A DNA stretch of 63,940 nucleotides, counting the filler, from Octopus bimaculoides (Eukaryota): NCBI RefSeq assembly GCF_001194135.2. It is 6 parts of 5 records of this genome, joined end to end, with 100 filler letters (N's around TTAATTAATTAA, not from the genome) between each part and the next. Parts side by side here need not be neighbours in the genome. Positions count along the whole stretch, not along the records: positions 1 to 13,928 come from NC_068996.1; 5 more parts are not named here. One strand, given 5' to 3'. The notes beneath the pieces were generated by a model. That model was not told the origin of the DNA. It searched no databases and saw only the letters and a list, made by a program, of their open reading frames with translations. The position numbers and the translations under genes were made by a program. This document shows, in pieces, positions 1 to 12,344 of this stretch. Within the stretch, counting starts at the first letter, position 1; every line of letters starts with the position of its first letter.

Positions 1-303
1 AGAAATCAACACTTAAAAGCCATAATTTTAAGGAGCGATAAGAATTTTTGAATAAAGGAAAATGGGTAGGGGTGGGTAGGTACCGACAGCGAGTAGATAG
101 GGCTCTTAATTGTAGATTTTAAATATTTGAGAGACAACAATGCATAAATCGTAATTTTTAAAAGAGCAATGAATTCTAGGTGAATAGAATATAACGTAGC
201 ATGAATTTAGGAAGCTTAGAAAATGAATAAGTATGAATTTAAGACAACAACTGAATTCAATTGAATTTCATGGAGAGAAACAAGATAAATAATAGAGGGC
301 AAA

Positions 304-1030
304 CTAAAGCGCGAAGGTATGAGATGTTTGAGGCCGTAAAACATTATAAATAATGTCCATATTGTTTGTGATGCAGAGATCCAGTATATTATTTGCCATG
401 GTTAATTGCAGCACAATTTGCTCCATGAAAAAAGCATTGGTTAGGTGGAGCAGGGACTCCATCTGTGCTTGCTGGTGGTGTGTCATTCCTGAGAACATCT
501 TGCTTCCAGGTCATCCTATATTGGGGAAGCTAAAGCCACCCAAAAAGAATACACTGATGTGTTGCTCCAGTTTGGTGAGAACTTCTCATATCTTTGCTAT
601 GCAGTCTTCAAACCTACCTGTATGATTTGGAGTATCTGGTGGGTGATATGTAGTGCATATAACAATACAATATTGTCTTATGTGTACAATTTGAGTGTCA
701 CACACTGGATTTGAATATGACAACAGGACCTGGGGTGTGAGGTCCTCTTGGATGCCTTTTCTTTTGTCCTCTTCATGGAAGGGAGTATTGTTATGAGCCC
801 ATGCAGTTTTGGTAGGGCTTCTAATGTGTAACACCACAGTTTGCATCATCACCACCATGCCAGCAGTCCTCTTGCAGGTAAAATTTGCAAATGTGTCTAC
901 TTTTGTAACTCCTGTGATTTTTGTTGGGGGGGTCTTCTGTTTCGTCCCAATGATTTTGTTTTTTGTCTTCCTTTTCCCTTTGTTTTACTTCCTCATTAGG
1001 AGTAAAACACCATTTGAGCATGGTCATTGC
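304..1030 (-). mobile_element. Decayed CR1/L2-clade LINE fragment (end of endonuclease region, CCCH-like finger upstream)
   Basis: Broken minus-strand frames give CTTYHPPDTP, NILDLCITNNMDII and CKFYLQEDCWHG, resembling the YRPP and ILDL motifs of LINE AP-endonucleases. Confidence 0.65.
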
Positions 1031-1059
1031 CAGCGTTACCTTACTGGCACGTTAGAAAA

Positions 1060-1361
1060 TCATTCAAGCGAGGTCGAGTGAGGTCGTTGCCAGTGCTGCT
1101 GGACTGGCTCCTGTGCAGGTGGCACGTAAAAAACACCATTTTGAGCGTGGCCGTTGCCAGTACCATGTAACTGGCCCTCGTGCCAGTGGCACGTAAAAGC
1201 ATCCACTACCCTCTCAGAGTGGTTGGCGTTAGGAAGGGCATCCAGCTGTAGAAACTCTTCCAGATCAGATTGCAGCCTGGTGCAGCCATCCGGTTCACCT
1301 CCTCAGTCAAATCGTCCAACCCATGCTAGCATGGAAAGCGGACGTTAAACAACAATGATGA

Positions 1362-1370
<9 letters not shown>
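1060..1370 (+). mobile_element. RTE-type 3' UTR / SINE tail
   Basis: Ends ...ccaacccatgctagcatggaaagcggacgttaaac plus (GAT)n; same tail recurs at 2110, 5170, 8220(-), 53515(-), 56800(-). Confidence 0.75.
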
Positions 1371-1392
<22 letters not shown>

Positions 1393-1924
1393 NNNNNNNN
1401 NNNNNNNNNNNNNNNNNNNNNNNNNNNNNNNNNNNNNNNNNNNNNNNNNNNTATGTATGTATGTATATATATATATATATACATATAGAAATCCAAAATT
1501 AGGAAATGGAGTAGATAAAATCCAGATTAAAAAAGTTTCATAGCTAGCAGAACTTCGGAAGTCGTAATTATCCAAATGAGGTGTAATCCTCTAGCTACTC
1601 ATTGGACCAATTGTATCTCCTGTGAGTCAACATGGGATCCCTTAACAATTTTAACTTCTTTTGATTAAGGTATCTTTGGCCTGAGGAGTAGCTAGCAGTT
1701 ACCCCTCATTTGGATAATTACTACTTCCAAGGTTCTACTAGCTATGAAACTTATGTAACCTGGATTTTATTGACTCCATTCCCTAATTTTAGATTTGTAT
1801 TCGCATACACAGCAACCCTAGCTGTTAACCATAAGTTATAAAATAATTTTTTTCAGCTTATCAAACTTCAATATAGGAAAAATTTACAACCTACATCAAT
1901 AAACCACTATTTTGGGGGGAAGGG

Positions 1925-2095
1925 GCCAGTCAATTAGATCAACCCCAGTATGCAACTGGTACTTAATTTATCAACCCTAAAAAGATGAAAGGGAAAGTGG
2001 ACCTTGGCGGAATTTGAACTCAGAATGTAAAAACAGACAAGATGTCACTAAGCATTTCACCCGGCGTGATAACGTTTCTGCCAGCTTGCTGCCTT
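1925..2095 (-). mobile_element. tRNA-derived SINE (family B here)
   Basis: Reverse complement contains ttctgagttcaaattccgccaaggtccactttccctttcatc, matching the copies at 5285, 22010 and 25670. Confidence 0.7.
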
Positions 2096-2856
2096 GGTAT
2101 ATATTCACTATCAGCCTGGTGTAGCCATCTGGTTTCACCAGTCCTCAGTCAAATCGTCCAACCCATGCTAGCATGGAAAGCGGACGTTAAACGACGACGA
2201 CGACAACGATGTTGACAAAACCAACAAAATATAAAGAACTGCAGTTGTCATACTAAGAGCTTCTTGGCCTGACTACATCATGAAGGAAAAAGTGATGGAA
2301 AGGGACTGGCTGAGTAATCTCAGGTTACTTCATGGAAAAAGATGTTCAGCCAAGAACAATGCCAGCTCACAAAGGGACAGAAAAACCTTCTCTTCAGTGG
2401 AAGAGAGAGAAGTAGCATAGGAAATGGGCAGACCTGTCAGGATCTGGATGTGGAGGCTTACAACAAGGCTTGCAACTGTGATCTCTTGTAACCTGATGCT
2501 CCAAAAGTAGCAGGAAGAACGTGTATGAGTGTGTGTGTGTGTGCAATAGCACGTGATTATGTGCATAAGTGAAATTCAAGAGGTGGGGATCAACTTGATT
2601 TTCACCTTCCTATATTCATGATTATAGTTTTGTGATACTAGTAATATCAAATTAGCAAGAAAGAGTTATTAAATTATCTGTAGAGAATTTTGAGTTTAAA
2701 TCAATATAGGTGTATTGAGATTTTCTAATAGAATACAATTTCTGCATTCCCTCATTTTAAGCATACTCATCAAGAATACTTACCAGATTTGACCAATCAA
2801 AAAGGACATTAATTTTGCACCTTCTGTTGAAACCAGTAGTAGAGTATGATACTTAC

Positions 2857-2953
2857 CAGCAATTGCTGTTGGCTGACTGGAAATATCAGTATTTCCATCA
2901 TAGTCACCCGAAATGGTTGTGGCATCCGAAACATCTGCTATGTTAGTGGCCAT
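2857..2953 (-). CDS. Candidate first coding exon of an unidentified gene (MATNIADVSDATTISGDYDGNTDISSQPTAIA-G..); whole exon 2857-3054
   Basis: Strong acceptor ttttttttttctttaag| at 3055, aaaATGG start context, in-frame TGA two codons upstream, 32 open codons +1, donor G|GTAAGT at 2856. Confidence 0.6.
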
Positions 2954-4054
2954 TTTTCAAATGAGTGAAAATGAGCAGCAGGAAAATTGGTAATAATGAT
3001 GTTCTATTTAACTCATAGTCAGCACCAACAACTTCATGTACACACATATGAAACCTTAAAGAAAAAAAAAAATTGATGGTGAAAAAAAAGGCAACTCTTT
3101 TTCATTGGAAGAGCGATAAATGGTAAATTAAATATAAGATTTGAGACTGTGGTTATGAAAAGTCTTCTCCACTATACTACTCACTTTATGTTAAATGACT
3201 ACTCAGACAAATGGTTTTGTAGCTTAGATGCATGTACATAAAGTTTTCTTTAATGAAAATATAGTAAACTTCCCTTTCAATAACACAAAAACACAATCAC
3301 TTCATGTATCAAAGAAACAGTATTGTACATCGCCTTCTCTACATATGAACAACAATCAGCCAAAACTTGCAAAGATGCTAAAAGCTTCACAATCTTTGAA
3401 CATCTATGATGAGGTTATGATCATATGCACACACATGTGTATTCATATTACAAGTGCAGGGATAAGTTAAAGATTAAGATTATAAAGAGAAGCAGAGAAC
3501 AATTTGGAGACAAAGAAACGTCACAAAAATTGAGAAACAATTCTTCATGAGCCTTATAAAAACTTTTTAAAAATTTGCTGGAAGGTGGAGAGGAGAAAGG
3601 CACATGCCCTCTTCACTTCAGGTTGGAACCATCACAATGTGTATAAAATGTGTGTATACATATGCTCAGGTTATCCATGGTAGTATGTAGTCCCGTACAA
3701 ACTGTTGTATGGTTCTGTCATCAACATATAAACCAGTCCACCCACAAACATTGCCTGGTGAGGAAGGTTGCTGAAAACCCAGTAGGACAAAAACAATACC
3801 TGTCAAAAGGATGGAAGAACTAACATGATCAACAACCAACTGATAATAGTAAAGAGACCTAAAAATTGCGGCTTAGTATCCAGCATGCTGTAAAACCTGT
3901 GAGTGTGAGGCAGGCTTTTGCTAAAGCATATTTCTAGGAAAAGGTAATGTGTCCACAAATACAATGGTAGTTTAACTTATTGAGTAGTCAGGAAGTGACA
4001 ACATTAAAAGACAGTCAGTCTAAGAGAAGGACAATATTGTGTACAAACCCTCAC

Positions 4055-4264
4055 TGCCTGTGAGTGCCTTTGAAGAGGTAAAGGCTAAAGCAATTAATCC
4101 CAACAGAAAATTGGGCTGAAAAGAATCTGGAGTTTACATTATGAAAGGAGACTGAAGATAATAAATGAAGTGTATCTGAAGGTTCTGAATATTCAGCCAT
4201 AAAGCTGACCCCCACCTTCAGGGATTGTAGTCTTGTGAACTGCATGGCAACCAAACTAATAATT
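4055..4264 (-). other. Candidate upstream (5' UTR) exon
   Basis: Long polypyrimidine tract then aaaacag| acceptor at 4265; possible donors AAG|GTGGGG (4216/4215) or GCA|GTGAGG (4055/4054). Confidence 0.35.
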
Positions 4265-4669
4265 CTGTTTTGGAATCAGAATTGAAAAGAAAAAAGAAAA
4301 AAAAAAATCAAAGTTTGCCTGTGGTTTTATATTCAAATGAGATTTTTCAGCCTAATAGCTTTATATGTACTTTGAGATCTAATTAACAAGAATAATTATC
4401 TCATGTTCTCTCAAGTGTTTACAAATTTTTAAAACAACAACCTCACTAATAATAGTGGCATTAAAAAAACACTCAGTACACGTAAAGGGGTTAGTGTTAG
4501 GAAGGGTATACAACAACAGAAAACATGTTACAGCAGACAATGGGGCATTGAACCCATCAAATGCTGTCAAACCATATACCCATGCCAGCATGGAAAAAAG
4601 AATATTAACTGATTACAACAGAAGTTTCTGTGTGAGTGTATGACCATACACAAACATACATATAGAAAG

Positions 4670-5235
4670 ACATAAGACATGGTGGTGAAGCATGACCTTC
4701 GAACTTTGAGCCTCACAGAGGCAATGACTAGTGACTGAGACCTTTGGTGATGTGCTCTGCTTAAGAGGACCCATCAAGCCAAGTGCACCTGTGCTAGTGG
4801 CACGTAAAAAAAAAACCTTTAAATGTTGGGCCTGATGGAGGCAAAGTGGCTGAGTTTCTTTCGAGTGTTGGGCCTCATGGAGGTGAGGTGGCCGAGTTCC
4901 TTTTGAACAGGCCTCACAGAGGCAAGGTGGCTAAGTTCCTTTTGAGTGTTGGGCCTCATAGAGGCTAAGTGGCTGAGCTTCTTTCACGTGTTGGGCCTCA
5001 TGGAGGCAATGACCAAGACCTTTGGCATTACGTTGTGCTTAAGAAGAAGACCCATCAAGCTGAGCAAAATCACATTCATGGCATTACACTCTTGGAGTGG
5101 TTGACACTAGGAAGGGCATACAGCAGTAGAAAACCATGCCAAATCAGACTGGATCTTGGCGCAGCCTTCCAGCATGCCAGCCCAGTCAAACTTTCCAACC
5201 CATGCCAGCATGGACAATGGACGTTAAATGATGAC
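4670..5235 (+). mobile_element. RTE LINE 3' end with internal ~41-bp tandem repeats
   Basis: Starts like 13505-13610 (catgaccttcgaactttgagcctcacagaggcaatgactagtgac); repeats of gggcctcatggagg...tggctgag at 4825-5010; ends in the RTE tail. Confidence 0.75.
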
Positions 5236-5284
5236 AGTATATGTGTGTATGTATGTGCATACACATATGCACATATACACACAC

Positions 5285-5585
5285 AAAAGCGGCGAGCTGG
5301 CAGAAACTTTAGCACGCCGGGCGAAATGCTTAGCGGTATTTCGTCTACCGCTACGTTCTGAGTTCAAATTCTGCCGAGGTCGACTTTGCCTTTCATCCTT
5401 TCGGGGTCGATTAAATAAGTACCAGTTACGCACTGGNNNNNNNNNNGACTTTGCCTTTCATCCTTTCGGGGTCGATTAAATAAGTACCAGTTACGCACTG
5501 GGTCGGTATAATCGACTTAATCCGTTTGTCTGTCCTTGTTTGTCCCCTCTGTGTGTAGCCCCTTGTGGGTAGTAAAGAAATAACA
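5285..5585 (+). mobile_element. tRNA-derived SINE (family B), split by a small gap
   Basis: B-box-like gagttcaaattc, then gactttgcctttcatcctttcggggtcgat. Confidence 0.8.
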
Positions 5586-5962
5586 CATACATTATTATTC
5601 AAAGGCTGAGGTGCAGCATACTGTACATACATGCATACATCATCATTACACATGTTCAATATACTGCTGGATGAAGGCCACAGTGTGTTCTCTCTCTACC
5701 AGAGTGGCAAAGAATTAAAAGTTTTCATTCCAACTTTACCATGTTTTCCCACTTGTTTTTTTCTCAATGTGGTGTCCACTCTGTTAGTTTGCTATTCCGT
5801 CTATTATACTTTCTTATAAACATATCCTCTGTGAAAAATCATTTCAGAGTCTTTTATTTTCTAGATAATATCCATTAAACCTGTTGCCACTTCTATCTAA
5901 CTGTTTCTCAACTTATTCATTTTTTAAGCTTCGGCATTCTTCTTTCCATGGCTCTTTGTGTG

Positions 5963-5998
<36 letters not shown>

Positions 5999-7539
5999 CA
6001 TGCGTATATATATACATACATACATATATATNNNNNNNNNNNNNNNNNNNNNNNNNNNNNNNNNNNNNNNNNNNNNNNNNNAAACATCTATGACTGTACT
6101 AACTGATAGAAATAAAATTACAATAATTATTAACTAATACATTTCTGTCAATGCCTATTGTCCTATTTTTTAATATTTTGTGCATTACATGTCGTGGCAC
6201 CTGCTTAGCTGCTATGGTTATTATATTTACTCTTTACATTCTCTCTTCCTCTTTGTTGTCACAAAGTTAATAGTAGTCAACTCTAAAAGAACTTATTTCA
6301 ATTAAATATTCTTTAATAAATCCTGTGTTTAATAATGCTTTATATAGATACTGTGGTGACAGATTGGCTCTAGTCAAGCAAATAGAGAAAGATTTTATGT
6401 TTGTATATTGATGACAACTATATTGATCAAATGACATATTTGGCATTATGGCTACCGTCATTACTAGGGTAGTTAGTTGACAAACCTTTTATATCATTTA
6501 TAATAATACTTTTACAGTGTGTTGACTTTCTCCATTTAAGCTCCTAGTTCAAATCCTGCTGTTTTTCATGCTCTATAAAATAACAACCAGTTTAATACTG
6601 ATAAAAAAAAAGTACCAATCTTGAGTGATGGATTATCAGAAGTTGTAGAGAGTCAGATGAGATGCTTTGCAGTATCTATATTAGCTCTTTGCATTTTGAT
6701 GGTACTTTCTGTGATGACATAAAACTACTTCCTGTAGTGGAAAGGAAAATAATTTTAGTGATCATAATACAGGGGAAGATATTTAATAGTTGACCTGCAG
6801 GTAATTATCTTATTCATAAATTGTTCCCTCTTTAGAAATTAGAATAGATGCAATCCCAGATTGACTTGACCAACTCGATTTATATTCTAATCAACTTGGC
6901 TTATTTTTATAGATAATGTCTTGAAATCTGTGGATTTGTTCACTGAACTTGCTAGAAACATCAAATTACCTATCATCTTAAAAAGGAAATGAAGGCTACA
7001 TCAATTACAATAGTAATCCTACATATTTAAAAAATATGGGATGGTCAAAACTGGAATTGTAAATCTACTATATCAGGGATGATCTGGGGTTAAACAACAA
7101 CTTTTCTCTGACTCTAGCTTTTATTCACTACTCAGCTAAATCAACACACATTATGTTATTGATAAAAATTGTTATATTATTGTTATCAATCCCAGAGATT
7201 ACATTGGCTTTAAAAAAAAAAGGAAAGAAAAGAAACAAGGCTGAAAATTATATATAGATTTAAGCAGATTAACAAACATGCATGTAGACAGATGTATTTG
7301 ATTTGGCTTTGTTTTTCATTCCTTAAGTATGTATGTCTACATGAGTAAGCATTAGGTTAGTAATGCCAGTTTTTCAGCAGAAATAGCATTTTGAAGCTGG
7401 AATTTAGCAAAATCCTCAGATAACGTCATCTCAAGATTAGCTGTTGGTTGCTATGACTATTATACACTATAATTATTGTATGAATGCAATAGCTATATAC
7501 TATAGTTATATGCAAACACTGGATAGATCTCCAAAACAG

Positions 7540-7930
7540 TATTTCACTGCTTGTAGTCCTTTGTCATCTTATCTCCTTCATGAGGTTCAACATTCAGAGA
7601 ATAACCCTAACCACAACTTACCATGAGGCCCTTTCTTCTTAAATAACTTGATATTTACTCAACTGTCTTCTGCCAAATGCATTATTTGTCCACTGAAGAT
7701 TCCTGTCTTGCAACACTACAGCTGAATGCTCTTATAGCCAATTTTCCTCTCAACACTATGGTACTCCATTGTTCATCATACTAACATTCTACCTAGTTTG
7801 CTTACATCATTTCTTTCCAGCATTCATACATCATCCACATCCTATATCTATGCTTCACTGCTATGAAACATTGCATTTTGTACACAAGCAAATACTTCAT
7901 GACTCTAGCTATTTCTTTTTCGCCCTACCC
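7540..7930 (-). mobile_element. Old RTE fragment
   Basis: Reverse complement aligns by eye to 13350-13460 (gagaggaaaattggctataagagcattcag vs gagagaaaaattaggtataagagagatcag). Confidence 0.55.
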
Positions 7931-8130
7931 CAACTGAGATAATTTTGATTTTTTGAGATATTTTTAAGTATGTTATTCAGTACAACATCTCTTAACTTAT
8001 GAGTGAAGGTGAGACAAAGGGACAGACAGACAGAGTATATAATATACTTATAATTTACTGTGTTTAATGGAATATACGATCTTCAAAAAAACAAAAAGTT
8101 TTTTTTTAAAATCAGCCTAGGTCCTATATG

Positions 8131-8204
<74 letters not shown>

Positions 8205-8206
<2 letters not shown>

Positions 8207-8870
8207 TCATCATCATCATCATCATCGTTTAACGTCCACTTTCTTTGCTGGTATGAATTAGATGGCCTGATAGGAGATGGCCAGCCATAGAACTGTCCAG
8301 GTTCCAATTGTCAGTTTTGGCATGGTTTCTATGGCTGGATGTCCTTCCTAATGCCAACCACCTTATAGTGTGTGTTGGGTGCTTTTCACATGCTACCGGC
8401 ATAGGTGCATTTATGTGGCACCAGCACAACTGCATTTTATGTAGCACCGGAACCTGCAAGACAAAGAACTCTCAGTTGAGAGAGGGAGTGGGGCATGGCC
8501 ATAAAAGACATGCTTGTATGTATGGATGGACATCATTTTACTTAGCTTGATGTGTCTCCTCAAGTACAGTAAATTGCCACAAATCTCAGTCCCTTGTCAT
8601 CTCAGTGTCAGAAGATCCTTTCTCATTACTTTGCCGATCTTCCTGGATCGAACTCTTCCACAGGCTCCCTCCACAATTAGAGATCAGCACTTCTTTATGC
8701 AGCTGTCCTCATCCATTTGCATCACATGACCACACCAGTACAGTTTTCTCTCTCACATCATTTGATGCCTCTTATGCTCAGTTTTCCTCTTAAATCATTT
8801 ACACTGTCCTACAGGCACACTGACATTACCTATCCATGACTGAGTTATCTGGCACGTTACTGTACTCAAG
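8205..8870 (-). mobile_element. RTE LINE 3' end (coding tail plus 3' UTR)
   Basis: Reverse complement of the 13320-13620 sequence followed by the shared tail and (GAT)n. Confidence 0.75.
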
Positions 8871-9035
8871 AAGATCCATTCACCACAGGAAAATTGATAC
8901 TGGTGCACATGCCATATGAAAAGCATTGATGCCCTATAAAAAAGAACCCAGTAAACTCTGCAGAGTGATTGACATTATGAAGTGCATCTACCCATAGATA
9001 TCATGTGAGAACACCAAGGGAGCCTGGTACATCAC

Positions 9036-9828
9036 ATGGTAGAGCTGACCATGTACGGACCAAAGGAAACCATGGACATGCAGCCTACAAGAAACTCTCA
9101 GAATCTTTCCAATTTGAACTTCCATACAGTAAACTGGAAACAAATTGAGAAAGAGATCCTCAAACAAAACTGGCCTAAATGTCTCTCCTCACCAGACATC
9201 GACATGAAACTTAAACAATTCATGTCTGTAATGCAAGTCATATGCTACAAATGTGTCCTGGAGAGAAAGGCCACTGTACACAAGAACAAAATCCTCAGGG
9301 AGAGGAAAATTCTTATGAGACGGTGTACACAAGTTTCAAATCGCCTAAACAAACAAATTGAAAGCAGTGAAAAGTCCCGCATGAAAATACAACTGCTGGA
9401 GATTGAAAAAAATCTGCAACTCTCCCACGAAAAAGAAAGAGCAGACAAAGAAGCCTGGGCTATAGACAATATAAAATCTAACCCCAGAGCTTTCTACAAG
9501 TTTGCCAAAGAAACAGCTTCAGTGCACTGCAGGATAGGGCTACTCCTCAAAACAGATGGTTCATTCACGAGAAACCCAATTAGGATAAGTGAAATACTAA
9601 ATGAGCAATTCAAAAGTGTTTTCACTCCACCCCTAAGGCACTTGCAAGTCAGCAATCCAACTGACTTTTTTACCACTGCAGATATAAAAACAGAGGCAAT
9701 GATGATCGATTACATCAATATAAAGGAAGACGATGTAATAAGGGCTATAGAGGAAATGAACCCAAACTCAGCTACTGGCCCCGATGGATTCCCAGCAATC
9801 CTTCTAAAAGTATGTAAACGAGTCCTAG
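9036..9828 (+). mobile_element. CR1-clade LINE ORF2 fragment (linker between endonuclease and RT)
   Basis: LNFHTVNW, NIKSNPRAFYKFAK, ISEILNEQFKSVFT, NSATGPDGFPAILLK (SxGPDG motif just before RT). Confidence 0.85.
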
Positions 9829-9971
9829 GCGGCTCAGAACAAATGTCTTCCATAGAATCAACATGACTTTTTGATCCCTTGTACGGAAAGTCCTCAGTAT
9901 CCACCCCGCCAGTTGTCTGCACCTTGCTGTCAACTTGACAATGTGCATGTGAAATGATGCATCACTACACA
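9826..9971 (-). mobile_element. CR1-clade ORF2 fragment C-terminal to RT, inverted relative to the neighbouring piece
   Basis: GINMCSDASFHMHI...GWILRTFRTRDQKVMLILWKTFVLSRL. Confidence 0.8.
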
Positions 9972-10422
9972 TGTTGATGCCNNNNNNNNNNNNNNNNNNN
10001 NNNNNNNNNNNNNNNNNNNNNNNNNNNNNNNNNNNNNNNNNNNNNNNNNNNNNNNNNNNNNNNNNNNNNNNNNNNNNNNNNNNNNNNNNNNNNNNNNNNN
10101 NNNNNNNNNNNNNNNNNNNNNNNNNNNNNNNNNNNNNNNNNNNNNNNNNNNNNNNNNNNNNNNNNNNNNNNNNNNNNNNNNNNNNNNNNNNNNNNNNNNN
10201 NNNNNNNNNNNNNNNNNNNNNNNNNNNNNNNNNNNNNNNNNNNNNNNNNNNNNNNNNNNNNNNNNNNNNNNNNNNNNNNNNNNNNNNNNNNNNNNNNNNN
10301 NNNNNNNNNNNNNNNNNNNNNNNNNNNNNNNNNNNNNNNNNNNNNNNNNNNNNNNNNNNNNNNNNNNNNNNNNNNNNNNNNNNNNNNNNNNNNNNNNNNN
10401 NNNNNNNNNNNNNNNNNNNNNN

Positions 10423-10660
10423 GCGATGCTGGGCACAGGTGCTATCCTGATTTCGCTTGCCCCAATAAGTCTTCGCAAGCTGAGTTTCGTGTCCAATGAA
10501 GGAGACAACGTTGGCATGGGTGCCAGTCAACGAATTTAGTTCGATTTCGATTTCACTTGCCTCAACAAGTCTTCGCAAGCGGAGTTTAGTGTCCAATGTA
10601 GGAAAGGTACGCATAAGTGGGCTGGCTACACGCCTGGCAGAGGCCTTGGATTTAGGTCTC
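10423..10660 (-). other. GC-richer unidentified fragment with two 54-nt repeats encoding LDTKL(R/S)LRRL(V/I)(E/G)ASEI
   Basis: Near-identical cores at 10449-10502 and 10549-10602; both translate to the same peptide in different frames. Confidence 0.5.
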
Positions 10661-10662
10661 AC

Positions 10663-10866
10663 TTGGCTTCCAGGGTCTTCTCACACACAGCATATTTTCA
10701 AAGGTCTCGGTCAGAAGTCATCACCTCGGTGAGGCCCAATGTTCAAAGGTCTTGCCTCACAACTTCAGCCCAGATCTTCCTGGGCCTACTTCTTCCACAG
10801 GTTCCCTCAACTGTTAGGGTGTGGCACTTTTTCACGCAGCTATCCTCATCCATTCTCACCACATGT
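10663..10866 (-). mobile_element. RTE 3' coding fragment
   Basis: Similar to 8560-8730 and the reverse complement of 13430-13600. Confidence 0.65.
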
Positions 10867-11129
10867 CAATATATATACATGCATATATATATACATACAT
10901 ATATATATACATACATGCATATATNNNNNNNNNNNNNNNNNNNNNNNNNNNNNNNNNNNNNNNNNNNNNNNNNNNNNNNNNNNNNNNNNNNNNNNNNNNN
11001 NNNNNNNNNNNNNNNNNNNNNNNNTATGTATATATATATATATGTATATATATATATGTCTATATATATATGTCAAAACAGTAGAGGAGTAGGGGCCTAA
11101 ACCAGACGTGGTTCCTCCTGATGATGTCT

Positions 11130-12330
11130 TGGGCTAACTGGATCCTATGAAGGAGCTGTTTTGCTAGCAGACCACAAAACAAGGTTAAAATTCCTTCCTA
11201 CGCATTCTTTGGGATCATCAGTTATACAACCTGTGTGAGGATTGCAAATAGGACCAGTTGGAGAGTAAGGACTCTGCCTCAAACATATTTCCTGAACACT
11301 TTAGTATCAAGGTTGGATGCTATATATTCTTCAGATTCAAGCCCTGCCATTTTTGTCACCTGCATGAGATGGTTAAATGATGTATTGCTCTTCTATTCTC
11401 TTCTGTTCTATGTAGTCTGTATTCCTGTTCAGCATCAGGACATTCTTTCCTGGAAAGTCAGGCTGCTGCGGTCACCCAAATTGCAATTTGGAAATTTTTT
11501 AAGCATTTACTTAGTACTGATGCTTCACATGCAGTGCCAGATTGAGTTGAGGATGTTCTGATGTGCAGTATTGACATCAGAATTGTGGAATTCAAGAGCC
11601 ACTTTGTAACTCAGTTTGCTAAGAGTTTTAGCCTGCTTTGTTCCAGTCAAAGTGAGCAGTTTGGAAGTGGTGGTGGTTCTTATTTCTGCCAATAAGAAAT
11701 GATTGTAGCATGATCAGAGTTGCCTAAAATGTTCCTCAATAGTGACACTGATATCCATTTCATGTAAAGCAGTAAAGAGCAGACTCAAAGTGTTGTTACC
11801 TCTTGTGTGGGAGGTGACTACTTGAGAACAGTTTGAATCCAGCACTAAATCAGAATTTGTATTATATAGCCAATGAAAGATTCAATCTCAGGCTAATTGA
11901 AATCACCAGCAATTAAAACATCAATGGTTATTTTCCTCTATGCAGCTCTGAGGATGTCAAAATGTTGTGTGCTTTGATGATAGTTTGTGGGGTGGTAAAC
12001 AATTCCTAGTAGAAGTTTTGATGTATTTATATGTATATCACAGAAAAATACCTCTTGTGATTGGTTCAGATCATCACAAAGAATTGTTGAAAAGTTTGAA
12101 TGTAAACCATCACACCATCTCCATGATAATTAGTGTGGTCTTTGCAAAACAAGCTAATCAGCCATGGTAACACACGTGCCCATGTTTTTGTGACTGTGAT
12201 GAAATCAGGATCAATACTTTTAATGTAAGAGTCAAAAAAGGTAGATCTTTTTGCATAAATTGTGAACATTTAAGGATAGTAAATTGTATCTGGATTCTAA
12301 CAGAATACAGCAAAGTGAAGTATTGGCAAT
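11130..12330 (-). mobile_element. Decayed CR1/L2-like LINE, endonuclease region
   Basis: IDPDFITVTKTW, GDGVMVYI, LIAGDFN and GNSDH motifs across frameshifts. Confidence 0.7.
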
Positions 12331-12344
12331 CAATAACCAACAAC

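Noticed and set aside
4825-5010. Regularly spaced repeats superficially like a CRISPR array (also 13700-13928)
   Set aside because: Head-to-tail units without unique spacers, inside a eukaryotic LINE UTR; no cas genes
7600-7800. Strong minus-strand donor ATG|GTAAGT at ~7621
   Set aside because: Lies in an old RTE fragment with stops; no acceptor
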